Assembly (NCBI GenBank): GCA_036556965.1
Contig: DATBIO010000144.1
Span: 1 to 50,300, forward strand
Source: Vicinamibacteria bacterium
GTDB lineage: Bacteria; Acidobacteriota; Vicinamibacteria; Fen-336
Length of the DNA: 50,300 nucleotides
Direction of reading: 5' to 3'
This document shows positions 28,980 to 41,132 of the stretch, piece by piece (within the stretch, counting starts at the first letter, position 1; every line of letters starts with the position of its first letter). The notes beneath the pieces were generated by a model. That model made no database searches. It worked only from the letters and a program-made list of their open reading frames with translations, and was not told where the DNA came from. The position numbers and the translations under genes are program-made.

Positions 28980-29261
28980 TCACGGGGCGCCGCGCAGGTG
29001 GACGATGGTGGCGCCCCAGCCCCCCTCCTCCGGCGCGGCGTCCGCGCAGGAGGCGACGCGCGGGTGCGCGGCGAGCAGGCGCCGCACCTCGGCGCGCTGC
29101 ACGCCCTTCCCGCGCCCGTGCACGATGCGCACGCGCAGGATGCGGCGCTCCGCGCAGGCCTCGAGGTACTCCTGCACCACCGAGACGACGTCGGCGGGAG
29201 CGAAGGCGTGGAGGTCCAGCACGCCGTCGATGGGCAGGGCGAACGGCTCTTCCGGATCCAC
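28980..29261 (-). CDS. Smr-domain protein
   Basis: 93 aa: IDGVLDLHAF... and VRIVHGRGKGV match the Smr (MutS2 C-terminal-like) LDLHG / HGxG signature. Confidence 0.8.
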   Translation of the reverse strand: MDPEEPFALPIDGVLDLHAFAPADVVSVVQEYLEACAERRILRVRIVHGRGKGVQRAEVRRLLAAHPRVASCADAAPEEGGWGATIVHLRGAP

Positions 29262-29309
29262 GGCCCATTGTGCGGCGAACCTGCCGCGCTCCGCTCGAGG
29301 CAGGCGCCT

Positions 29310-29453
29310 TCAGTCGAGCCTCTCCCCGCTCCAGAGGCGGCGCCCGCCCCGCGCCGGGTTCTCGGTCCCGCAGCTCTCGCACGGCACCACGGGGGCGCCC
29401 GACATGCCGTGGAGAGTCTTGACGATTCCCGCGCCGGCCTCCGGCCGCGGCAT
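29310..29453 (-). CDS. Possible 47-aa ORF, not in the track because it is below the length cut-off
   Basis: My own translation: MPRPEAGAGIVKTLHGMSGAPVVPCESCGTENPARGGRRLWSGERLD*. Nearly all third positions are G/C. It has a single CxxC and lies between the PA-IL-like gene hairpin and the Smr gene. There is no homology evidence. Confidence 0.25.
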   Translation of the reverse strand: MPRPEAGAGIVKTLHGMSGAPVVPCESCGTENPARGGRRLWSGERLD

Positions 29454-29463
29454 GGGCAAGAAC

Positions 29464-29494
29464 GAACGCCCGTGGCCCAGGGCCACGGGCGTTC
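29464..29494 (-). terminator. Perfect 14-bp stem / 3-nt loop hairpin just downstream of the PA-IL-like gene
   Basis: GAACGCCCGTGGCC-cag-GGCCACGGGCGTTC at 29464-29494, starting 14 nt past the stop. On the transcript it is followed by GUUCUUG, a weak U-tract. Confidence 0.45.
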
Positions 29495-29507
29495 ACGACG
29501 GGAGCCG

Positions 29508-30143
29508 CTAGTAGAGGACGCGAACGCGGAAGGCGCCCGAGTTGTCGTTCAGGTAGTCGTCGTTCACGCCGAGGTAGAGCCGGCCCGAGGTGCGGGCGCG
29601 GAAGACGCCGGTGTCGCTGCCCACGAAGAACACGTCCCCGCTGTTCCCGATGCGGCCGACGAGGGCCGCGGCGGGGCGGTTGGGAAGAGGCCGGTTCGCG
29701 TTGTAGGGCGAGCCGGACTCGCCCGCGGGCCCGTCCTGCCGACCCGGGCCCCACAGCACCACGCCGTCCGCCTCGAAGCGGAAGCTGTCGCCGGCGCGCA
29801 CGTTCAGCCCCGTGTCGATCCAGCGCTGGTCGGCGCGCACGGTCACCCAGCGCGAGTTGTTGCCCACGCCGTAGTCGGAGCCGGGGTAGTAGTCGTCGTC
29901 GTTGATGAAGTCGTCCTGGTCGGTGAAGTTGATGCGGTTCACGTCCTCCACGCGCACGCGCATGCGGCGGGAGCGCGTGGAGGCCCCGCGGTCCTCGTCG
30001 AAGGTGACGACGCCGCGGTTCACCATCACCAGCTCGCCGCGGATCCGCCGCCCGTCCTCCATGATGAGCACGTCGCCGTACGCGGCGGGCAGGCCGGAAA
30101 GGACCACGGCCGCCGGAGCCGCCATGAGCCATCGGAGCTTCAT
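29508..30143 (-). CDS. Secreted PA-IL (LecA)-like lectin-domain protein
   Basis: Signal peptide MKLRWLMAAPAAVVLSGLPAAYG. The C-terminal domain aligns by eye to P. aeruginosa LecA: GDSFRFEADGVVLWGPG, AALVGRIGNSG (LecA GALVMKIGNSG) and LGVNDDYLNDNSGAFRVRV (LecA [21 protein letters not shown]). Confidence 0.8.
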   Translation of the reverse strand: MKLRWLMAAPAAVVLSGLPAAYGDVLIMEDGRRIRGELVMVNRGVVTFDEDRGASTRSRRMRVRVEDVNRINFTDQDDFINDDDYYPGSDYGVGNNSRWVTVRADQRWIDTGLNVRAGDSFRFEADGVVLWGPGRQDGPAGESGSPYNANRPLPNRPAAALVGRIGNSGDVFFVGSDTGVFRARTSGRLYLGVNDDYLNDNSGAFRVRVLY

Positions 30144-30151
30144 AAGTGCAT

Positions 30152-30197
30152 ACCCTCCTTGGATAAATGACCCGCTCGGTCCAGGTGCAAGGAGGGT
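30152..30197 (-). promoter_or_regulatory. Hairpin that pairs the Shine-Dalgarno of the PA-IL-like gene with an upstream anti-SD
   Basis: On the minus-strand transcript: ACCCUCCUUG (30197-30188), a 26-nt loop, then CAAGGAGGGU (30161-30152), a 10-bp perfect stem. The AGGAGG inside the 3' arm lies about 10 nt upstream of ATG 30143. The element begins 6 nt after the metH stop. Confidence 0.3.
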
Positions 30198-30203
30198 GCC
30201 AGC

Positions 30204-33914
<3,711 letters not shown>

Positions 33915-33974
33915 CGCGGCAACTCTAGCAGGCGCGCCCGCGGTCCGCCCGCGCTATGTCAGGATTGGCGCCCC

Positions 33975-35144
33975 ATGCGGAAGGCGCGCGCGGTCTCGGC
34001 GGCGGCGGTCGCCCTCCTCGTCCTGATGGCCGCCGCTTTCGCCTTCCTCCCCGGCCTCGTCGAGCGGCGGCTGGGCCGGCTGGGGGACGCCACCCTGCCT
34101 TCGGTCTCGGAGGGCGCGCGTGCCCTGCACCGCGGGCTCCTCGTCGCGGACCTGCACGCCGACACCCTTCTCTGGCACCGCGACCTGCTGGACCGGGGCT
34201 CCCGCGGCCACGTCGATCTCCCCCGCCTGCGGGACGGGAACGTCGCCCTCCAGTTCTTCACCGTCGTCACCAAGAGCCCGCGCGGCCTGAACATCGAGAG
34301 CAACCGCGCCGACACCGACGACATCACGCCCCTGGCCTTCTTCCAGCGCTGGCCCCCGCGCACGTGGCGCAGCCTCCTGGCGCGCGCCCTCCACCAGGCC
34401 CAGCGGCTGCACGAGGCGGCCGCCCGCTCCGGCGGCCGGCTGGTCGTGCTGCGCACGCGCGCCGACCTGGACCGCCTGCTGGAGCGGAGGCGGACCGAGC
34501 CCCAGGTGGTGGGCGCGCTGCTGGGGCTGGAGGGCGCCCACGCCCTCGAGGGCGACCTCCGCAGCCTCCAGGCCCTGGAGGACGCCGGCTTCCGCATGAT
34601 CGGTCTCGCGCACTTCTTCGACAACGAGTGGGCGGGCTCGGCCCACGGCGTGGCCAAGCACGGGCTGACCTCCTACGGCCGCGCGCTCGTCGCGGAGCTG
34701 GAGCGCCGGCACATCCTCCTGGACCTCGCCCACTCCTCGCCGCGGACCATCGACGACGTGCTGGCCCTGGCCCGCCGGCCCCTGGTCGTCTCCCACACCG
34801 GCGTGCGCGGCACCTGCGACAACCGCCGCAACCTCTCCGACGCGCACCTGCGGGCCATCGCCGCCACCGGCGGCGTCGTCGGCATCGGCTACTGGGACCA
34901 GGCGGTGTGCGGCACGGATCCGGCGGCCATCGCCCGCGCCGTGCGCCACGCGCTCGAGGTGGCCGGTCCCGAGCACGTGGGCCTGGGCTCCGACTTCGAC
35001 GGCGCCGTCACCGTGCCCTTCGACACCGCCGGCCTGCCCCACCTGACCGACGCCCTGCTCGGCGCGGGCGTGCCCACGCCGCTGGTGGCCCGGGCCATGG
35101 GGGGCAACGTCGTCCGCCTGCTGCGCGAATCGCTCCCGCAATAG
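33975..35144 (+). CDS. Membrane-anchored dipeptidase, peptidase family M19
   Basis: MRKARAVSAAAVALLVLMAAAFAF anchor. M19 blocks: VADLHADTLL, IGLAHFFDN, LDLAHSS, VVSHTG, GLGSDFDG. This is the 3' part of track ORF 30366..35144. Confidence 0.9.
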   Translation: MRKARAVSAAAVALLVLMAAAFAFLPGLVERRLGRLGDATLPSVSEGARALHRGLLVADLHADTLLWHRDLLDRGSRGHVDLPRLRDGNVALQFFTVVTKSPRGLNIESNRADTDDITPLAFFQRWPPRTWRSLLARALHQAQRLHEAAARSGGRLVVLRTRADLDRLLERRRTEPQVVGALLGLEGAHALEGDLRSLQALEDAGFRMIGLAHFFDNEWAGSAHGVAKHGLTSYGRALVAELERRHILLDLAHSSPRTIDDVLALARRPLVVSHTGVRGTCDNRRNLSDAHLRAIAATGGVVGIGYWDQAVCGTDPAAIARAVRHALEVAGPEHVGLGSDFDGAVTVPFDTAGLPHLTDALLGAGVPTPLVARAMGGNVVRLLRESLPQ

Positions 35145-35253
35145 CCGCCGCAACTCTCGACCGGGCTCGCCTGGTCCTCCCAGGACTGGGGGCTCGCCGC
35201 GCGTCGCGGGCGGTGTGCCCTTCGATCCCACTCCGGGCCGCCCGCGCCGGGGC

Positions 35254-35282
35254 TTGTCAGGGGCGGAGGACCGTCGAACAAT
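35254..35282 (+). promoter_or_regulatory. Candidate sigma70-type promoter of the hybrid histidine kinase
   Basis: TTGTCA (35254-35259), a 17-nt spacer, then AACAAT (35277-35282), about 77 nt upstream of GTG 35359. Confidence 0.3.
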
Positions 35283-35358
35283 TGAGATGTACGCTCGGTA
35301 GGCGGTCCCGTCCGGGGCCAGCCACACACATCTCGGCGTCGGACGGCAAGGAGAAGCA

Positions 35359-37989
35359 GTGCGCAACCCCGTCGCAGCGTACGCGGTGGCCCTGGCGGCC
35401 CTTGTCGCGGCCGTCCTCCTCCGCTGGCTGCTCGACCCCTTCATGGGCGATGCCTTCCCGCTGGTCACCCTGTTCGGCGCCGTCGCCGCCGCCACCTGGG
35501 TGGGCGGGTACCGCCCCGCCGTCGCCATGGCCATCGTCGGTTACCTGGCCTGCGACTACCTGTTCGTCGCGCCCCGGGGACGCCTTGCCCTGGACGACCT
35601 CGGCAAGGTCGTCGGGCTGGCCGCGTATCTCTTCACCTGCGCCCTCATCATCTACTTCGGCCAGGCCATGAGGACCGCCCAGGTCCGGGCCAGCGAGCAA
35701 GGCGAGCTGCTTCGGGTCACCCTCGGCAGCATCGGTGACGCGGTCATCGCCACCGACGTCGCCGGCCGCGTGACCTACCTCAACGCGGTGGCCGAGTCGC
35801 TGACCGGCTGGTCGCGGGCGGAGGCCCTGGCCCGGCCGCTGGAAGACGTCTTTCCCATCGTCAACGAGCAGACGCGCCGGCCCGTCGAGAGCCCCGCGGC
35901 GCGGGCGCTTCGGGAGGGGGTGGTGGTCGGCCTGGCGAACCACACGCTGCTGGTCCGGCGGGACGGCGGCGAGGTCCCCGTCGACGACAGCGCGGCCCCC
36001 ATCCGGGACGAGCACGGACACGTCACCGGATGCGTGCTGATCTTCCGCGACGTCACCGCGCAGCGCCGCGAGGAGCGGGAGAAGGCCGGCCGGCACCTGA
36101 CCGCCCGCCTGCTGGCCTCGATCGTCGAGTCCTCGGACGACGCCATCATCGGCAAGTCGCTGGACGGCGTCATCCAGAGCTGGAACGCGGCGGCCGAGCG
36201 GCTCTTCGGCCATACCGCGGAGCAGGCCGTGGGCCGGCACATCTCCCTCCTCATACCCGCGGAGCGCCTGGCGGAGGAGGACACGATCATCGCCCGCCTG
36301 AAGACCGGGCAGCGGATCGACCACCTCGAGACCGAGCGCCTCGGGGCCGACGGCCGGCGCATCCCGGTCTCCCTCACGATCTCGCCCATCAGGGACGACG
36401 CCGGCAACGTGGTCGGAGCCTCCACGATCGTGCGCGACGTCACCGACCGCCGGCGGGTCGAGGCCGAGCGCGAGAAGTTCGTCACCCTGGTCGAGAGCAG
36501 CACCGACTTCATCGCCATGTGCGACCTGGAGGGCGTCCCCTTCTTCGTCAACCGGGCGGGGCTCGAGATGGTCGGCCTGGACGACATCGAGCAGGCCCGC
36601 CGCACGCGGGTGCGGGACTTCTTCTTCCCGGAGGATCGGGCCAGGATCGTGGACACGTTCCTCCCCGCGGTCCTCGAAGAGGGCCACGGCGAGATCGAGG
36701 TCCGCTTCCGCCACTTCAAGACGGGCCAGGCCCTCTGGATGGCCTACAAGGTGCTGACGGTGACCGACGCCGCCGGGCGGCCGGTGGCCCTGGCCACGGT
36801 GAGCCAGGACGTCACCCAGCGGAAGCGGCTGGAGGACAACCTGCGAAGCCTGGCCGCCGACCTGTCCGAGGCCGCCCGCCGCAAGGACGAGTTCCTGGCC
36901 ATCCTCGCGCACGAGCTCAGGAACCCGCTGGCTCCGCTCAGCAACGCCGTGCAGGTCCTGCGGCGGGCGGGCGGCGACGAAGAGACCGTCCAGTCGGCCT
37001 CCGAGATGCTGGAGCGGCAGGTCCGCCAGATGACGCGCCTGGTGGACGACCTGCTCGACATGAGCCGCATCACCCAGGGCAAGATCGAGCTCCGCCGGGA
37101 GCGGGTCGCGCTCGCCCCCATCGTCGAACAGGCCATCGAAGCGGCGAGGGGTCTCTACCGGAGCATGGACCACGAGCTCACGGTGACGACGCCGGCCGCC
37201 CCGATCCACCTGGACGCCGACCCCACGCGCCTGGCCCAGGTGCTCGGCAACCTCCTGAACAACGCCGCCAAGTTCACGGAGAGGCACGGTCGCGTCTGGC
37301 TGACGGTCGAGCGCGAGGGCCCGCAGGCCGTCGTCCGCGTGCGCGACACGGGCATCGGGATCGCCGGCGAGCAGCTTCCGCGCCTGTTCGACATGTTCAT
37401 GCAGGGAGACACGTCGCTGGAGCGGTCGCGGGACGGGTTGGGCATCGGCTTGACGCTGGTCAAGACCCTGGTGGAGATGCACGGCGGGACGGTGGAGGTG
37501 CACAGCGACGGGCTGGGCCACGGCAGCGAGTTCGTCGTCCGCCTGCCGGCCCTGGAAGAGGCGTCCCCACCGCGGCCTCGGCCCGCGGCGGGCAAGGCGG
37601 CGCCGGCGCCGGGCCACCGCATCCTGATCGTGGACGACAACGAAGACGGCGCGGAGTCGCTGGCCATGATGCTGCAGCTCGGCGGCCACGAGACGCACAC
37701 CGCCCACGACGGCCTGGACGCCGTGGCGGCCGCCGAGCGGCTCCGCCCGCACGCGGTGCTGCTCGACATCGGCCTGCCGGGGCTGAACGGCTACGAGGTG
37801 TGCCGCCGCATCCGCGAGAACCCGTGGGGCAAGGACCTCGTGCTGGTGGCGGTGACCGGCTGGGGACAGGAAGCGGACCGCGCCCGGTCGCGGGACGCGG
37901 GCTTCGACGCGCACATCGTCAAGCCCGTCGATCCCGAGGCCCTCATGAAGCTGCTCTCCGACCTGCCGACGAGCACCGGCGCCGGCTGA
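35359..37989 (+). CDS. Hybrid sensor histidine kinase (DUF4118-like membrane domain, 3 PAS, HisKA, HATPase_c, REC)
   Basis: H-box FLAILAHELRNPL; ATPase N and G boxes (LLNNAAKFT, DTGIGI, GLGIGL); C-terminal receiver ILIVDDNEDGAES...LLDIGLPGLNGYE...KP. Three PAS-like repeats lie upstream. GTG start. Confidence 0.9.
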   Translation: MRNPVAAYAVALAALVAAVLLRWLLDPFMGDAFPLVTLFGAVAAATWVGGYRPAVAMAIVGYLACDYLFVAPRGRLALDDLGKVVGLAAYLFTCALIIYFGQAMRTAQVRASEQGELLRVTLGSIGDAVIATDVAGRVTYLNAVAESLTGWSRAEALARPLEDVFPIVNEQTRRPVESPAARALREGVVVGLANHTLLVRRDGGEVPVDDSAAPIRDEHGHVTGCVLIFRDVTAQRREEREKAGRHLTARLLASIVESSDDAIIGKSLDGVIQSWNAAAERLFGHTAEQAVGRHISLLIPAERLAEEDTIIARLKTGQRIDHLETERLGADGRRIPVSLTISPIRDDAGNVVGASTIVRDVTDRRRVEAEREKFVTLVESSTDFIAMCDLEGVPFFVNRAGLEMVGLDDIEQARRTRVRDFFFPEDRARIVDTFLPAVLEEGHGEIEVRFRHFKTGQALWMAYKVLTVTDAAGRPVALATVSQDVTQRKRLEDNLRSLAADLSEAARRKDEFLAILAHELRNPLAPLSNAVQVLRRAGGDEETVQSASEMLERQVRQMTRLVDDLLDMSRITQGKIELRRERVALAPIVEQAIEAARGLYRSMDHELTVTTPAAPIHLDADPTRLAQVLGNLLNNAAKFTERHGRVWLTVEREGPQAVVRVRDTGIGIAGEQLPRLFDMFMQGDTSLERSRDGLGIGLTLVKTLVEMHGGTVEVHSDGLGHGSEFVVRLPALEEASPPRPRPAAGKAAPAPGHRILIVDDNEDGAESLAMMLQLGGHETHTAHDGLDAVAAAERLRPHAVLLDIGLPGLNGYEVCRRIRENPWGKDLVLVAVTGWGQEADRARSRDAGFDAHIVKPVDPEALMKLLSDLPTSTGAG

Positions 37990-38059
37990 CGCGCCGGCGG
38001 CGGTCCCGGGGAGCCCGCGCGATTGCCGCGCCGCCGGGCGGGGCATAGGATGCCGGGCC

Positions 38060-38587
38060 ATGCAGAGGACGACCTTTCGCGTGGGGCTGGCGGTGGTGGC
38101 CCTGGCCCTCTCCGCGTCGCGCGCCGCGGCGGGCGGCCCGAAGTGCTTCTCGGCGTCGCGCGAGGGCCACTGCGTGGTCGTGGAGCTCAACGGCCAGCGG
38201 AGCGCGAAGATCTCCAAGAAGACGAAGAAGGCGCTGAAGGACATGGGCGCCCTCGAGTACCACGGCGAAGAGGCGCGCTACGAGATCCCCGCTCCCGTCC
38301 GCGGCGCGCTGGACCTGCGCGCGGACTTCGTGCCGGAGGCGGCCTCCTTCTTCGGCGGAGGGGGCGAGTTCGAGGCCCAGGTCGTTCCCCTGGAGGGCCA
38401 GAGCCTGGACACCGACCGGCAGCGGGCGGCCGACCCCACGGTGCGCGTGGGCGGATCCCCCGTGGTGACGGAAGAGAACGTGCTCCGGGAGAACAGGCTG
38501 CCTCCGGGCAGGTACCTCATGGCCGTGCGGCTTCGCGGCCCGGCCAACTGGGACCGCCAGGTGGTGTTCTTCCAGGTGGTGGAGTGA
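38060..38587 (+). CDS. Secreted hypothetical protein
   Basis: 175 aa with signal peptide MQRTTFRVGLAVVALALSASRAAAG. I recognise no family. Confidence 0.65.
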   Translation: MQRTTFRVGLAVVALALSASRAAAGGPKCFSASREGHCVVVELNGQRSAKISKKTKKALKDMGALEYHGEEARYEIPAPVRGALDLRADFVPEAASFFGGGGEFEAQVVPLEGQSLDTDRQRAADPTVRVGGSPVVTEENVLRENRLPPGRYLMAVRLRGPANWDRQVVFFQVVE

Positions 38588-38637
38588 GAGGCAGGGCCGA
38601 GCCTCGAAGCCTCGCGGGCCCGCGCTCGCCGGCGCGC

Positions 38638-38660
38638 GCGGCCGGCTGAGAGCCGGCCGC
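38638..38660 (+). terminator. 9-bp GC stem-loop downstream of the 38060-38587 gene
   Basis: GCGGCCGGC-tgaga-GCCGGCCGC, 50 nt after the stop. There is no U-tract. Confidence 0.3.
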
Positions 38661-38692
38661 AGACCCTCACGCACACGGCCTCGGGAAAGGCG

Positions 38693-41041
38693 TTGCCACT
38701 CAATTCCGCTGGCGTCGGGACGCCGGGTGACGCCCACCCGCGGGCCGGGGAGTACGCGGAGTTCCTCGGGCTCCGGTTCGCCTGCGCAACCAACGCGGCC
38801 AAGCGACACCTGTCCATCTGCGCGCTGCTCTGCCTTCTGCCCATGCCGGTACCCGCTCAAACCAGGGAGGCGGATCCTGCCAGGGACTCCGCCCTGGTGC
38901 TCGACTGGGCAGATCGCCTGATGGCCAACGACCCGAAGGTCCGGGCAACCGCCCGAGCCGCCCTGGTCCAGGGGGCGGGGCGTTCGCTGCCTCTGCTGAG
39001 ACGATTCCTCGATCGCGGCCGTGAAGACCTGGATGTCGAGACCCTCGAGATCATCAGGCGGATCGGTCCGCCGGCCATTCCGCTGCTGGTGGACCTGCTT
39101 CGCGACGAGCGGGTCTCCATCCGGCGCAGCGCCGTCGATGCCTTGATCGACCTGGCGCCCGATACAGGGCCGATTCAACCGGCGCTCCGACGGGCACTGA
39201 GAGACGAGGATTCACAGGTCGCGGGCGATGCCGCGCGTGCCCTGGGCGCTCTGGGCAAGGGGGCCGGTCCTTCGGTACGCGCCCTGGTCGAGACTCTCTC
39301 GCACGAGGATCCTTACGTCCGCATCTACGCGGCGGAGGCCCTGGCCTCCATCGGTCCGGGGGCAGGCGCGGCGACCAGGGATCTCGCCAGAGCCCTGGGC
39401 GATCCGATTCCCGGGGTAAGGTGGGCGGCGGGTGAAGCCCTCGCGAGCATCGGCCCGGCCGCGCACTCCGCCGTGCCGCAGTTGATCGAAGCCCTGAAGG
39501 ATGAGTTCCTCTATGTGCGCATCTGCGCGGCGGGTGCGCTGGGAAGCCTCGGGCCGAAGGCGCGGACGGCCCGTGAAGCGCTGAGAGCGGCCGCCAACGA
39601 TCCCACCATGCGTTACGAAGCGGAGTGGGCGCTCCATCGAATCGCCGGCGTCGCCTCCGGGGAGCCCGTCCTCTCACCCGTCGTGCCCGCGCCTTCCGTC
39701 GCGTCAGAACTCCAGACGACAGCGGCTCAGACGGGCAATCCTCCGGTTGACTGGGATACGACGACGGGCCGGAACATCGTCTGGAGCGTCGAGTTGGGAA
39801 GCGAGACGTTTGGCCGTCCCGTGGTTGCGGGCGACGCGGTCTATGTGGGTACCGACAACGCCAGGCGACGGAACCCCGCCTTTCCGGACGAGGGCGGCGT
39901 GCTCCTGGCCTTTGGCGCGACGGATGGCAGGTTCCTCTGGCAGGACGTGGCCCCGCGCGTGGAGCGCGGCCTGCGGGAGTTCCTGCTGCCTTCGACGACG
40001 AGCGCGCCGTACGTGGAAGGGAGCCGTTTGTACTACGTCACCGCCGAGTGCCAGCTCCGCAGCCTCGACACCCGGGGCTTCCGCGATGGCGAGGACAGCG
40101 GTCCGTATCGGGAAGAGGTCTCCAAGGACGACGCTGCCGCCGACATCGCCTGGGAGCTGGACATCTGCGGCCGCCTGGGCGTCTTTCCGCATGAAGCCAC
40201 CAACAGCGAAGTGCTGCCCGTGGGGGACCTGCTGATGGTCTCCACCTCCAACGGCCAGAACGAAGGCCATACGCGCGTCCCCTCGCCGCGCGCCCCGAGC
40301 CTGATCGCGGTGAACAAGCACTCGGGCGAAGTCGTCTGGCGCGCGATCGGCGCGGGCGCGCAGGTGTTGCACGGCCAGTGGTCGAGCCCGGTGGCGGCCA
40401 ACGTCAACGGGCGCATCCAGGTGCTCTTCGGCGGAGGAGACGGCTGGCTGCGCGCCTACGACGCAGCGTCGGGCCACGAAGTCTGGCGATTCGACGGCAA
40501 CCCGAAGGATGCCCGCTGGCTTCCGCGCCCCGGCGTCCTTTCGCGCAGCTCGATCATTGCTTCACCGGTCTTCGCCGACGGCCGCGTCTTCATTGCCATG
40601 GGGCAGAGTCCAGGGCACGGCAACGCACCTTCGCTGGTTCATGCCATCAGTCCCAACGGCCAGGGAGACGTCACCGGGAGCAGGCTCCTCTGGACTTCTC
40701 GGGAGGTCGGCCGCGTGGTGGGAACGCCCATCGCGAAGGACGGCCTGCTGTACGTAGGGGACCTGGGGGGAACGGTTCACTGCCTGGACGCGGCAACCGG
40801 CGCCCACCTCTGGAAGCACGAGACGCACGAGGCCATCTGGGGATGCCTCCTCCTGGCCGGCGACCGCCTCTACGTGGGTAACGTCGAAGGCAGCATGACC
40901 GTCCTTCGTGCCGGACGGCGAAAGGAGCTGCTGGCCCAGATCGAGATGGATGCGCCGCTCTATTCGCGTCCGGCCCTGATCGGCGATGCGCTCTATCTGG
41001 CCACCGCGCACCGGCTGTACCTCATCGCGGCACAGCCTTGA
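38693..41041 (+). CDS. HEAT-repeat (PBS-lyase type) domain fused to a PQQ-like beta-propeller (BamB-like) domain
   Basis: N-terminal repeats of the ..D.D..VR..AA.ALG..G type (DEDSQVAGDAARALGALG, HEDPYVRIYAAEALASIG, DPIPGVRWAAGEALASIG, DEFLYVRICAAGALGSLG). C-terminal PQQ-propeller motifs: AVYVGTDN, DGRFLWQ, SGEVVWR, SGHEVWRF, GLLYVGDLGGTVHCLDAATGAHLWKH. The start is uncertain: TTG 38693 gives a signal-like LSICALLCLLPMPVPA segment, and ATG 38843 is the alternative. Confidence 0.8.
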   Translation: MPLNSAGVGTPGDAHPRAGEYAEFLGLRFACATNAAKRHLSICALLCLLPMPVPAQTREADPARDSALVLDWADRLMANDPKVRATARAALVQGAGRSLPLLRRFLDRGREDLDVETLEIIRRIGPPAIPLLVDLLRDERVSIRRSAVDALIDLAPDTGPIQPALRRALRDEDSQVAGDAARALGALGKGAGPSVRALVETLSHEDPYVRIYAAEALASIGPGAGAATRDLARALGDPIPGVRWAAGEALASIGPAAHSAVPQLIEALKDEFLYVRICAAGALGSLGPKARTAREALRAAANDPTMRYEAEWALHRIAGVASGEPVLSPVVPAPSVASELQTTAAQTGNPPVDWDTTTGRNIVWSVELGSETFGRPVVAGDAVYVGTDNARRRNPAFPDEGGVLLAFGATDGRFLWQDVAPRVERGLREFLLPSTTSAPYVEGSRLYYVTAECQLRSLDTRGFRDGEDSGPYREEVSKDDAAADIAWELDICGRLGVFPHEATNSEVLPVGDLLMVSTSNGQNEGHTRVPSPRAPSLIAVNKHSGEVVWRAIGAGAQVLHGQWSSPVAANVNGRIQVLFGGGDGWLRAYDAASGHEVWRFDGNPKDARWLPRPGVLSRSSIIASPVFADGRVFIAMGQSPGHGNAPSLVHAISPNGQGDVTGSRLLWTSREVGRVVGTPIAKDGLLYVGDLGGTVHCLDAATGAHLWKHETHEAIWGCLLLAGDRLYVGNVEGSMTVLRAGRRKELLAQIEMDAPLYSRPALIGDALYLATAHRLYLIAAQP

Positions 41042-41094
41042 TCCCCAAGAACGGCAGTCATCCCGATGTTGGCCCGGCCGGGCCGATGCCGCCA

Positions 41095-41122
41095 GCGCCT
41101 CCAGGTGGTTGCCTGGAGGCGC
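41095..41122. terminator. 11-bp stem-loop between the convergent HEAT-PQQ gene and selC
   Basis: GCGCCTCCAGG-tggttg-CCTGGAGGCGC. It lies 54 nt after the HEAT-PQQ stop and 11 nt after the tRNA 3' end. There is no U-tract on either strand. Confidence 0.4.
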
Positions 41123-41132
41123 CTGGGTCCTG

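Noticed and set aside
33915-33974. Cobalamin or SAM riboswitch upstream of metH
   Set aside because: The divergent intergenic region is only 60 nt, too short for either riboswitch class, and I could see no conserved B12-box-like core.
35257-38244. 995-aa minus-strand ORF opposite the hybrid histidine kinase
   Set aside because: The plus strand encodes PAS, HisKA, HATPase and REC motifs. The minus-strand product is low-complexity.
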